Positions 37,771-47,800 of a DNA stretch of 64,000 bases are shown here, piece by piece. The stretch spans positions 1,922 through 65,921 of the forward strand of contig CBDDPN010000012.1 of the NCBI GenBank assembly GCA_965232315.1, written 5' to 3'. The DNA is from Longimicrobiales bacterium (lineage in GTDB: Bacteria > Gemmatimonadota > Gemmatimonadetes > Longimicrobiales > Gaopeijiaceae). The notes under the pieces are model-generated. The model saw only the letters and a program-made list of their open reading frames with translations. It made no database searches and had not been told where the DNA came from. The position numbers were made by a program, and so were the translations under genes. Positions within the stretch are counted from its first letter, which is position 1. Each line of letters begins with the position of its first letter.

Positions 37771-38293
37771 CGTTCGATTCCTCTCTCGATGGACTGCACG
37801 ATCTGCGCTCCTGAACTTCGCCGGGGGAAGCAGTGTCCGCCAGACCTGAGGCTCGGAGCGGTGGGGATCCTGCCGGCAAATCTGCCTCTGTGGCGATGCG
37901 TTCAGGCCGCCGTCCCGGAGCTTGCCGATCTTTGAGCGGGAGGCCATGATTCGGAGGCGGTGTTCGATGTGCCCGATGGCGATCCAGAGGCGCACATTGA
38001 CATCAAGGTCGATGTGCATGAGAATCCCGTTTCGGGACGTGCACAGCAACGATTCCGCAAGTTGCTGGTGACCTTGGGGTTGCGATGTGTCCGCAGGAGC
38101 ACCGATGCCGTGCCGGCCTTCAGGCCGTTGCCGGGAGCGACCCATCCCTTCGGGTGCCTGGTACGGCACGGCGACGGTTGGGATGTGCACGCCATCCCAC
38201 CCTCGCCCTGGGTCGCTCCCGGTCCAACGATCCCTGCGGGAAGGCTATCGCACATGTGGTTAGAGCCATGAATCAACTGTCTGGATTCGTGGC

Positions 38294-39730
38294 TCATCGT
38301 TTCCCGCCCAAGCGTAGTTCGCGCAATCGGCGTACTACCTGAGCGTTGGTCTCACCGTCCTGCGCTGCGTCCCAGAGTTCACGAAGATCCTCTCGGGCCA
38401 GCACCACAACATCGTCGCGCGCGGCCTTCTCCACCTCTGCCCCCGACAGGTCGTCTCGGGGCTTCGCCGTCGCGAGCACCGCGACCACTTCGCTTTCGGC
38501 TAGCTCCCTCCCCATTCTCCGCGAACGGGCGACGAGTTTGCCCACCTTGCCGCCCGCGTCGACTGATCCGACCGTACACTCGATGACGAGGACGACAGAA
38601 GATCCCGGGGCGTGAGCGAGGTGATCGACAGCATCTCTCAGCCCGATCTGCGCCCCTACGGGATCCACGTGAAAACCGAGGAAGAAGAACAGCAGACCCA
38701 CCGCAGCTTCGAACTCCTTCGACTTGTGCGGTCTATCGGGCTGGAGATGCTCCCGGAAGCGTTCAAGGCCAAGGTCGATGGCGCTGTGGGCCTTGATCCG
38801 GACGTTCCCACCCGCTTCCGCCAAGAGCAAGGGCATGCAGTCCACACACCGGCCTTCGATGGCGATGAACGACGTCGCGAATGAATCACCCTTTCGGATC
38901 GGGACACCTACCTCCGCACGGAAGACTTCTCCGTCAGGCACCCATCGGCACTCGCGGAGTTTGACCGATCCATGACGGCACGGCTGTCCGGCGGCTCCCA
39001 CCGTCCAGCCAAGTTCCGCCTTCGCGACGAAGATTTCGGCGGCAGCCCATACAACGAGAGTGGCACGCTCGGGCGCGGAGCTGGCGCTCTCGCGATCGAA
39101 GCGTACGGCCACGGGGGCGATCAACTCGACGGCCGTGGTATGGCCACGGACATCCAGTTTTCCGGGGCGGCCACAGAATCTGCGCACCAGTTCAGAGAAG
39201 CTGCCATAGGCGTTCCGCCCGCCGCGAATCATGCCGTCCAGTTCCCCGGGGGCATGCCCCGCCTCCCGTACCACGTCCCACATCGAGGAGCCATAGTGGA
39301 TCAAGGCGTGACAACTCCATTGATCGTATGCGGCATCGTGGTACGGGGCAGCCAGCTCGCTGAAGCCGTACCTCATGTCCCTCGCCGGCTGATCGGATGT
39401 GCCGACGTACCTCACAGTCCGAGACCGGAGCTTCGCTTTTCCGCTCGCGATCCCGCTCACCACGTAGGGCAACTCGTCGATCGGAAGCACAACCTGCCAC
39501 GCGCGGAAATCTGGCCGATGGACTGGAGAATACTTGGGAACCGATTGAGCGGCACGGTGGTCGAGTAAACCGCGGGTGGCAAGATTGATCCAATGGCCAC
39601 CGTCACGGATCGCACAGATGCGGAGGTCGATGGACTGCCAGAACCCGGAGCGGTTCACCGAGTCGAGAAAGCGATCCGCTGCTTCCTCGCTTGAGCGTTG
39701 GCGTTCTTCCGACGACATTGGAATCTCCAT
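38294..39730 (-). CDS. hypothetical 478-aa protein with a restriction-endonuclease-like (Mrr-cat/PD-(D/E)xK-like) C-terminal module
   Basis: The ORF is uninterrupted. The C-terminus KSKEFEAAVGLLFFFLGFHVDPVG...LRDAVDHLAHAPGSSVVLVIECT resembles the FE..V..LL..lGf / D..D / (V/I)(Q/E)CK layout of Mrr-type nucleases, but with Thr in place of Lys. The N-terminal ~300 aa are unrecognised. Confidence 0.55.
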   Translation of the reverse strand: MEIPMSSEERQRSSEEAADRFLDSVNRSGFWQSIDLRICAIRDGGHWINLATRGLLDHRAAQSVPKYSPVHRPDFRAWQVVLPIDELPYVVSGIASGKAKLRSRTVRYVGTSDQPARDMRYGFSELAAPYHDAAYDQWSCHALIHYGSSMWDVVREAGHAPGELDGMIRGGRNAYGSFSELVRRFCGRPGKLDVRGHTTAVELIAPVAVRFDRESASSAPERATLVVWAAAEIFVAKAELGWTVGAAGQPCRHGSVKLRECRWVPDGEVFRAEVGVPIRKGDSFATSFIAIEGRCVDCMPLLLAEAGGNVRIKAHSAIDLGLERFREHLQPDRPHKSKEFEAAVGLLFFFLGFHVDPVGAQIGLRDAVDHLAHAPGSSVVLVIECTVGSVDAGGKVGKLVARSRRMGRELAESEVVAVLATAKPRDDLSGAEVEKAARDDVVVLAREDLRELWDAAQDGETNAQVVRRLRELRLGGKR

Positions 39731-40811
39731 GCGGCTTGGCAGGGTTCGACCAGCAGAGCGGTGGTGAACCTAACATGCCCGACTTGGTTGGGACCGAATA
39801 GACAGGAGACGATGCCCGAAAGGAGCGCGGCAGATCCCACGTCCCGCGCGATGCCGAGGAACTCCGACATCCTTGGAGGGACGACCAGACGCCGCCTCGA
39901 AGCGGCGCTCGAACCGCCTTCCCGCGAGGGATTGCTGGTCTGGGAGCGACCCGAGGGTCGGGGACAGGGGGTGTTGAAAACACACCTGCTCCCGAACCCG
40001 TACCAGGCCCTCGGACTGGGGGGTCGCTACCGACCACGGCCCGGAGAAGCGGATCGGCACCGGCGATCCGCGGGTCGTGGCCCAACCCCAATCCGTCTGG
40101 CGACTTGCGGAATCCGTGTTCCGCACACCTTCGCGGCATTTCCCCTGCACAAGCAACCCGATGTCGAATTCACACCTCCGGATCGGCAACGGGCCCCGCC
40201 GAACGGCGCTCAAATCCGGACCTCCGGAAAGGCGGCGCGCCGTGCCGAATGGATGTCGATTCTGGGCGATCCCGGCGGCCTGCAGGTTACCCGAGAACGC
40301 TCTGGAACCTGCGGAAACGGCCTCTGAGGCGAGCATGGAAGAACGCCAGTTGCGCACCACTCGCAACGCCCTGCTGACTGGACCTGCCCCCCTTTCACGA
40401 GCGGTTGGTTCCTGGGGTCGATGGCGCCTGATTGGTCTGCCTCTCCCTGGCGGCGGGTCTCCCGGCGTCCGAACGAGGGTGGGCAAGCGAAGCGCGGCAG
40501 CCCGGTCCGGGGCCGGGAGGTTCTGGTCGAGGGCCGGCGCGAGGATCTCGACCGATACCAGAAGGGCGAGCGGGCCGCGCCCCGACAGCGCCCGGCAAAT
40601 CGAGCGTCGGGTGCGGCACGCGACAGGTGGCGAACCCGGTTCCCGTCAAGCGGACGGCAACCATGGTCGTGCGGGCGGCTACCCGATCGGGATGGGCCGC
40701 CACGGGGGGACGGGGGGCGACGCCCCCGCCCGCGCAATCCACTGGAGCGCGGGGCTTCCAGGGTTCGAAGGGGCGGAGTCCCTCGCCAGCCCCGGTGTAT
40801 TACACAGGGTA

Positions 40812-42540
40812 GGCTGGCTTGCTTGAGCGCCTAACCCGGATTTCTCACAGGGTGGCGGATTCGGGTCTGGATGAAGGGATTGAGGCCGTGGTTCGGCGGG
40901 TCAACTGCGTTGCAAGGCGGGAAGGGTCCCGGTTTGGTCGTCTGAGAGGCGAGAGACGGGGAGATCTGCTGGCTGAAGGGGTCTTCAATGCTCGCGGGGC
41001 GCACTGGTCCCGGCGGGTTTGTCGAGAGGATGTCCAGAGTGCGTGGGAACTACCCTGGCAATCGTGCGTGGACCCGGGCGAAGGCGGTCGCGGAGGGGTG
41101 TGCGGAGTCCATCGCGACCTTGAGCCGCCGGATGGAGACGGTGACGCGGGCGCCGATCTTGAGGAGCTTGAGCCGGAGGGTTCCGGCGGTGGCGCGGGCC
41201 AGGCGCGTGCCGTGGAGCGCACGGCGCAGGGCGTCGAAGAGGATCGAGGCGAAGGCGGAGAAGAGGAGCCGGAGCTGGTTGGCGGCGAAGCGGGATGCGG
41301 AGGTCCGGTCGGAGAACAGGTCCAGCTGCTGCTCCTTGATCGCGTTCTCCATGTTGCCCCTCGGGCAGTAGACGCGCTCGTAGACGGACCGGGCCGAGAA
41401 GGTGTCGGGCAGCGAGGTGACGACGAAGCGGGGGTTGGACTTGCCGGGCAGGTGCTCGGCCTTGGCGACGACCCGGCGCTTGCGGGACCAGCTTGTGAGG
41501 GTGGCGTAGAGGAACTCGGTGAACCGTCGGGCCGACCGGCCCCGGCGCTCCGCTGACGCCGCGGCGTCGGCCAACTCCGGGCCGATCTTCTCGACGAGCC
41601 GCGAGTTCCGGGCCAGGCCGATGACGTAGTCCACGCCGTTGTCCTCGCACCAGGCCAGGAGGTCTTCGCGGGCATAGGCGGAATCGGCCCGAAGCAGGAT
41701 CTGCAGTCCCGGCCACCGCTGCCGGAGCCGTTCGACGATGCGGCGGAGCGGCCCCCTCACGCCCCCGGCGGGATCCGCGTTGCCCGGCCTCAGCAGCGCG
41801 AAGAGCGGGCGGTGGCCGCAGGTGATGTACAGCGGCAGGAAGCAGTAGTGGTTGTAGTAGCCGTGGTAGAAGCCGCCCTCCTGGCGGCCGTGGACCTCGT
41901 CGTCGGTCGAGTCGATGTCCAGCACGAGCCGGGACGGCCGCCTGCCCCTCCAAGCGTCGATGAACGACTCGAGCAGCACGGCCTGCAGCGCGTCCGCATC
42001 GTGCTCGATCCTGTGGTACCGCCCCGGCGCCCCGGCGGGAGGTGCATGCTCGAGACGGTTCAGCGTGCTCTTGCCCGCCAGCGCCGCGCAGTTCCTGCGG
42101 CGGCCCTCGAGCTTCCCGGAAAACAGCGCCAGCAGCGGGTCGTTCCGCAGCTCGTCATGGTCGTTGAGATCCTCGTATCCCAGCGCAATGCCCATGATCC
42201 GCTGCGCCACCAGCGTCTGGATCGAGTGCTCTGTCAGGCGGGCATCGCGGTGGTCCGTGAAGCACGCGGCCACCCGGTCGACGAGCCCAATGGACCGGTC
42301 GGCCGCCCTGAGCAGCAGCGCTCCCCCGTTCGACGTAATCGATCCGCCGTCGAACGCCGCGGTCACCCTCCGGCCCTGGCACCCTTGAAATCCGAACGAA
42401 ACGGGTCTACACTGTGTCGGCATCGGTCCTCTGGTGTGGTGACTGTCAAGTTTGTGCGGCACATAAACTTAACAACCCCCGGAGGCCGATGCCATCTTAT
42501 TGCTGTGAGAAATCCGGGCTAACGGTGCTCCAAGCCAGCC
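40812..42540 (-). mobile_element. IS1380-family insertion sequence (~1.73 kb)
   Basis: The imperfect terminal inverted repeats are GGCTGGCTTGCTTGAGCGCCTAACCCGGATTTCTCACAG (40812-40850) and the reverse complement of CTGTGAGAAATCCGGGCTAACGGTGCTCCAAGCCAGCC (42503-42540). The inner 16 bp are perfect. A single transposase ORF lies inside. Confidence 0.75.
41050..42462 (-). CDS. IS1380-family DDE transposase
   Basis: FDGGSITSNGGALLLRAADRSIGL near the N-terminus, LDIDSTDDEVHG (first D), LLRADSAY (second D) and YCPRGNMENAIKEQQLDL (Y-x2-R-x3-E-x2-K block). The true start may be Met 42423. Confidence 0.8.
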   Translation of the reverse strand: MPHKLDSHHTRGPMPTQCRPVSFGFQGCQGRRVTAAFDGGSITSNGGALLLRAADRSIGLVDRVAACFTDHRDARLTEHSIQTLVAQRIMGIALGYEDLNDHDELRNDPLLALFSGKLEGRRRNCAALAGKSTLNRLEHAPPAGAPGRYHRIEHDADALQAVLLESFIDAWRGRRPSRLVLDIDSTDDEVHGRQEGGFYHGYYNHYCFLPLYITCGHRPLFALLRPGNADPAGGVRGPLRRIVERLRQRWPGLQILLRADSAYAREDLLAWCEDNGVDYVIGLARNSRLVEKIGPELADAAASAERRGRSARRFTEFLYATLTSWSRKRRVVAKAEHLPGKSNPRFVVTSLPDTFSARSVYERVYCPRGNMENAIKEQQLDLFSDRTSASRFAANQLRLLFSAFASILFDALRRALHGTRLARATAGTLRLKLLKIGARVTVSIRRLKVAMDSAHPSATAFARVHARLPG

Positions 42541-42685
42541 CGGCGGATGCCGTCGAAGCTCCTAACCGAAGCGCCGCCACCAGCAGCGATCCGAGCCCTG
42601 TTGGCCCACCCTCCGCGCTCCGGACATCGAACCCGGTCCGGCGGGATCTCGTTCTGAAAACTCCGACCGGGCCAGCGTGGCGTTC

Positions 42686-43642
42686 CTAAGGTGCTCTGTT
42701 GAACCGGAGGAGGGTGATCCGGGGTTCGATCACCGCTGAGTTGAGCACCTTTTGAGAAAAAGCAGGTGCGACCAGGATCCCACGCACCTTGTCTGCGGGT
42801 ACACCACTCGACTCCATGTTCCCCATGTAGGATGTGAGTTGCGCGTAGTCCCCCGGCCGTGCCTCCACGATCTTCAGCTCGATTGCGATGTGCTCGCCCG
42901 ACCTGCCCTTGGCAAGGAGATCAACGCGATCGCTGGTGTTGTCGCTCAGGCGCTGCTGCTTGCCGACGAGGTAGATGGGCCGGTCGAAGCCGAAGTCCAC
43001 AGCCTCCCAGTTAGCCCACAGAAAGTCCTCCAAGTCCCTCTCTTTCCATCCGTCTGGAACCTTAAGAAACTCCCTCGATGGGGTCTGAAGCCGTTCCAAG
43101 GTCCATTTCGCGCCGCGCTGCGCGCTTGGCCGCGGCTTGCCTGAGAACAGATCGTAGATACTGGGGCCGTTCTCATCGTCCTCCTCGTCTTCTTCGAGGT
43201 CATCCCGACGGTAGTCGTCTTCAGGCTCCGGCAGATCGGGGTCGTCATCCTCCAGAAACACCTGCGTCTCCTTGAAGTATTCGCACACGCCGTACTGCAA
43301 CCCCCACTGATCGTAGAGGAAATCCTCCATGGCCTCGTCGAAGAGCAGTCTCACAAGCTTCGAGTCATCTGCTCGGGGCGTAACGCTCCGACCGGCGGCA
43401 TCGGCCTTTATCAAGGCCAATACGCGTTTTCCGCCCTTCGAGATAACCAACTGTGCCACGGCTTGAGCAGCGCCCTCCTCGCCCCGATCGCGAGTCAGTG
43501 CGTCCCACCACCCGACTGGATCGTCTCCGGTGACCAGCACGCCGAATGCGCCGAGGATGTGGGCGCGAGTCGTTGCCGGTGAACTCGGGAGCGCTCCAAG
43601 CAGTTCGATGAAGTCCCGGGCGTGGATGTCGGTAAAGAACAT
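42686..43642 (-). CDS. hypothetical protein with a NucS/DUF91-like PD-(D/E)xK nuclease C-terminal domain
   Basis: The C-terminus ERDLEDFLWANWEAV...LVGKQQRL...RVDLLAKGRSGEHIAIELKIVEARPGDYAQLTSYM...VRGILVAPAF follows the NucS C-domain pattern (D...ExK, then Q..xY, then GILVA). The N-terminal ~130 aa are unknown. A strongly acidic linker (DDDPDLPEPEDDYRRDDLEEDEEDDE) joins the two. Confidence 0.6.
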   Translation of the reverse strand: MFFTDIHARDFIELLGALPSSPATTRAHILGAFGVLVTGDDPVGWWDALTRDRGEEGAAQAVAQLVISKGGKRVLALIKADAAGRSVTPRADDSKLVRLLFDEAMEDFLYDQWGLQYGVCEYFKETQVFLEDDDPDLPEPEDDYRRDDLEEDEEDDENGPSIYDLFSGKPRPSAQRGAKWTLERLQTPSREFLKVPDGWKERDLEDFLWANWEAVDFGFDRPIYLVGKQQRLSDNTSDRVDLLAKGRSGEHIAIELKIVEARPGDYAQLTSYMGNMESSGVPADKVRGILVAPAFSQKVLNSAVIEPRITLLRFNRAP

Positions 43643-44030
43643 GGCTGGTGCGCGCCAACGTTGGCCGAGGGTTCCTCCAAGCCTCGACGAGGCCGGATCC
43701 GGTTCGGCCTTAACGTAGCGGAGAGCCGCCTCAGATCAATTGGGTGGCTCTGAGCGTCGATCGACCTTCGACCAACTGGACCTGGTTCTCAACCCCGCCA
43801 GGTGAGATACGCGGGGCCAGACCTGTCACGCGGCGGCGGCCCCGAGAGCCCAGCACGTTGTCCGCCAGCGGCAGCGTCGCAGGGCATTGGCCTCCTTGAC
43901 GAGGAAACGACAGCCGGACGCTCTGACAAGTCGTGACATGACAGAGCTGCGGATACCGAGCAGAGGGTTGACCCGCTATCCTTACGGCAAGGAGACGCCA
44001 TCCACCACCACCGCCTGAGGTCATCCGTTC

Positions 44031-44663
44031 ATGAAACCCCTTCCTGCCGCGCTTCTCGCGGCTACCGCTCTTCTCCTGCCCGTAGCGATGCCACTTGCCG
44101 GTCAAAAGGTCGTTTCCGTGCAGGTTGGCGCGAACCGGTCGACGTTCTGGGGCAGCGATCATTCCCATGGTACGATTAGCGGGCGTTCCCTACGCGCCAC
44201 TTTGGCAGTTCCGCTAACGGGCGCGCTCGCGATCCGGGTGGACGGTGGCTATGCCGAGAAGGGCGGGGCCACCGTGGGGGACATCTACGATAGCCATATG
44301 CGGCTCGGCTACGCGGAGTTTAACACTCTGCTGAAAGCGAGTACCGAGTTGGGGTCATCAGCATCGGGGCACCTGCTGGTGGGTCCTGCGGTGGGAATCA
44401 ATACGCTTTGCGCAATCGAGACCACCTCTGAGGGAATCAGTGTCGCAATCGACTGCGATGAAGCCGAGCAGAATGTTCAACCGACGGACATCGGGGCAGC
44501 CCTCGGTGCTGGGATCGACGTATCGATTTCCGGCGGTCGTTACCGGCTCTCCTTCGAGTTCCTGCACACGATAGCTCTCGTATCAGCGCTTGGCGACGGA
44601 CAGCACAAGAACAGCGCCACCGCTTTCCTGCTTGGCTTCGGTTGGCCGATCGGCCAGGAATGA
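44031..44663 (+). CDS. small outer-membrane beta-barrel protein
   Basis: Signal peptide MKPLPAALLAATALLLPVAMPLAG. Amphipathic strands alternate, and the C-terminus is aromatic (...FLLGFGW). Confidence 0.55.
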   Translation: MKPLPAALLAATALLLPVAMPLAGQKVVSVQVGANRSTFWGSDHSHGTISGRSLRATLAVPLTGALAIRVDGGYAEKGGATVGDIYDSHMRLGYAEFNTLLKASTELGSSASGHLLVGPAVGINTLCAIETTSEGISVAIDCDEAEQNVQPTDIGAALGAGIDVSISGGRYRLSFEFLHTIALVSALGDGQHKNSATAFLLGFGWPIGQE

Positions 44664-44892
44664 GGGGTCATCGGCGGGCCATCATTGAGGGTCAGGAGTC
44701 CCGCCATTCGAGTATGGTTTTCCCGCTTTCGCGGCACGGTCCAGCAGGGTCCAGTACAACGGCAGGAATGGCAGATCGTGCAGTCCCAGTTAGACTTACG
44801 TGATCTCCTGCCGTGATTCAGGCCTCTGGCGATCCGCCGTTACGTCAGGGTCGGCATGATGGGGCGCGGAACGACCACTCCCGGCCCTCCCG

Positions 44893-47800
44893 TCACCTCC
44901 GCAGCCGTACCGCCTCCCTGAGCCCGCGCGTCACGCTCACCTCCAGGCCGGCCACGTCGCCGAGCGCGTCCGGCAGCGCCCCTTCCCAGTCCCGCAGAAT
45001 CGCGCGCAGGCGTCCCGTCCCGGGCTCCGTGACCACCGTGATGCGGCGCTCGTCGGCCTGGTCCAGGTGGGCCACGCCCTCCGGCCCCGCCAGCGTGATG
45101 CGTTCGAGCGCGTTCTCCCAATCTGCCTCGATCGGCACAGTGAAGAAGAAGTGCATGCCGCCGTGCCCGTCGTCGAGTGGTGTGAAGTCCAGCGAGAACA
45201 GCGGCCGGCCGTCGGAGCCTGTGCCCCGAATACGGTAGGGGCCCCACGCCCCGGGAAGTCTTGCCGCCGTGTGCATCGGGAACGCCGGCTCGATCCACAG
45301 CTCGCCATCGACTATACCTCCCCGGAGTACCAGCATGTCTGCGGGCGGGTTCGCTGACGCCGACTGTGCGCTGGCGGTGTCCTCGGCAAGTTGTGCGCGA
45401 TGGTCGACTATCTTCTCGAAATAGTAGTCGCTGAGCCATGGCCACGAATGGCAGTAGGTCATGATGTCCTTGCCGCGGTCGGGAGGCACCGTTGATCCAT
45501 CGCCGAAGTCATATCCCCACACGCCGATGCTTCCGTCCGGGTAGGGGAAGGCCTGGTCAACGCCACCGGCACCTCCGCACGGAGCGTGCCTGAGCGAGAG
45601 ATTGTGTCCCACTTCATGCGCCAGTGTCGTTGTGCGGCCTGCGAGACCGATGCTCACCCAGCCAGGTCGCTGCCCTCGACCGGAGACGGACCCCAGGTTG
45701 GTGGCGACCCCGTAGTAGTAGCCCGTGCCTCCTTCCGATGCCCGTAGCGCCGCGAGTTCTCCAAACAGTGACACCTGCCCGGCCGTGGTGGTGAGATCCA
45801 GCGAGGTGTGATAGGCCTCGTGCGGGCTGACGCTGAACTCGGCGAACGGAAATGCGTGCCTCAGCAATCCCAGCTCGGGGCTGTCGGCGGAGATGCCCCG
45901 GACCCACCCCACAACCGAAGTGTCGGGCTCCGCGACCCGCAGGACCGGCACCAGAGTGAGCTGCATCGGGGGCACTTCGACCACGTTCAGCGAGTCGGAT
46001 CCCTCGGCGGGGAATCGGGTTTGGCTTTCGGCAGTGAGCGGGAGGGTTCTCTCAGGGTCGACCTCGACGACCATCTCGACGCCCGGGACGACGATCTCAG
46101 CGGGGATCACGGCGTTGTACGAAAGATCGAGATCGCCCTCGTCCACCTCTGCGGGGATCTGGTTGGCATCGCGGGTCATGGTCGCGCGGTGAATCTCGCC
46201 CTCGTCCGGCCCCGTGAAGACCGCAACGACCTCGGGCTCGAAGAACCCCCTCGGTTCCCCGGCGGTGACGAACACCCTCAGTAGTGCATCCCGGTTGGCG
46301 ACCAGACGCACGCTCCGGGAAGGGGTCTGAACCGACTGCGTGAGGTAGACCACCGGCAGGGATACCGTGACCTGATCCGGGTTGTCGCAGGTCGCGCCGG
46401 CGGTCTCCTCGATCCCGCTGTACCACGCCTGGAAGTCCGGCGCGGGCGACGCGCACAGACCCGTGCCCTCGTAGAGCAGCACGCGAAGCCGTTCCAGCCG
46501 CCGAAGAGCGAACGGCAGCGCGCCCTCCAGCGCCGCATTCCCACCCACGCGCAGCTCTCCAAGTTCCCGCAACCCGGAGACGGCGCTCGGAACCGCACCG
46601 TACAGGTCGTTACCCGTCAGGTCGACCAGCGTGAGCTCGGTGAGGTTGGCAAGCTCCGCAGGCAGCGGACCGGACAAACCGTTGGCGGGCAGCGCAAGCT
46701 CCACGACCTGTTCCCCCTCGGTGGCCACACCATGCCAGTTGCCCAGGGGAGCGTCCGTTCCCCACGCGCCCCGGTTCGCCCAGGACGGGCCGCCGGTCAC
46801 TTCGTGCAGGTGGGTGAGAGCGAGTCGTTCGACCTGTGCGACATCGCAATCGGTCCTGGTCCCTCCCGGAATCTCCCTCAGCCACTCCTCGAACTCTTCA
46901 TCGACTTGAGCGCACAGGTCGGTCCCGCCGTACGACAACAGCTGCAGGAACTCGAGGTCGATCAGGCTCCGCGGCAGCAGGCCAGCCAGGTCCTGGTTGC
47001 CCTCGAGTTCGAGTCGGCTCAGGGCCTGGAGTTCGCCAAGGCCGCGCGGCAATGCACCGCCAAGCCCGTTGTTGGCGGCCCGCAGGTCCTGAAGCGCGGC
47101 GAGGTCGGTGAGTTTCTCGGGCAATGGGCCGGAGAGACCATTGTCATGAATCCAGAGCAGCTCCAGTTCCGACAGATTCCCCAACGATCCGGGGATTTCG
47201 CCGGTGAGTTGGTTGTCGTAGAGATACAGCCGCTCAAGCGTGGCCAGATCTCCCAATTCGGGGGGAATCGTGCCCCTGAGGTTGTTCCGCGAAACCGACA
47301 GAAACTCAATCGCGCTCAGCTTCGCCAGTTCCGGCGGAATCCTGCCGGTCAGCTCGTTACGGCTGACGCTCAGGTAAGTGAGGTTGCCCAGGCTGCCAAG
47401 TTCGGGCGGTAGCGGACCCGAGAGCTGGTTGAACGACAAGCGCATCCTGCGCAGAGAACCCAGGTTGCCCAGCTCGGCCGGAATCGGGCCGGACAGCTCG
47501 TTGTTGCCGAGGTGGAGGGAGTCGAGGCGCGGCATTGCCCCGAGTTCCGCCGGGATCGTGCCGTTCAGGCTGTTGCCCGTCAGATCGAGCATGGCAAGCT
47601 CGCTCAGCCTTCCCAACTCCGGGGGAATCCGACCTGCCATGTCGTTGCCGTCCAGCACCAGCCGCGTCAGTTGCGCCAGATTCCCGAGCTCCGGCGGGAG
47701 CGTTCCCGACAGGTGGTTGTCCGACAGCACCAGCTCGGTGACGAAGCCGTCCCGGTTGGTCAGCACCCCATGCCAGTCCCGGATGGTCCTGGCGGTGTTC

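Noticed and set aside
39740-40775. tRNA- or tmRNA-like GGTTCGA T-loop motifs (near 39745 and 40762; also 55372 and 42723) as possible att or tRNA fragments.
   Set aside because: The flanking bases cannot form a T-stem or acceptor stem, no cloverleaf can be drawn, and one hit lies inside a coding region. The motif alone is too short to be meaningful.
39698-40826. ORFs 39698..40327, 40077..40826 and 39770..40486 as real genes in the gap left of the IS.
   Set aside because: Their composition is Arg/Gly/Pro/Ser-rich and low-complexity. They overlap one another, have no start-site signals and no motifs. They are kept only as part of the finding on the uninterpretable stretch.
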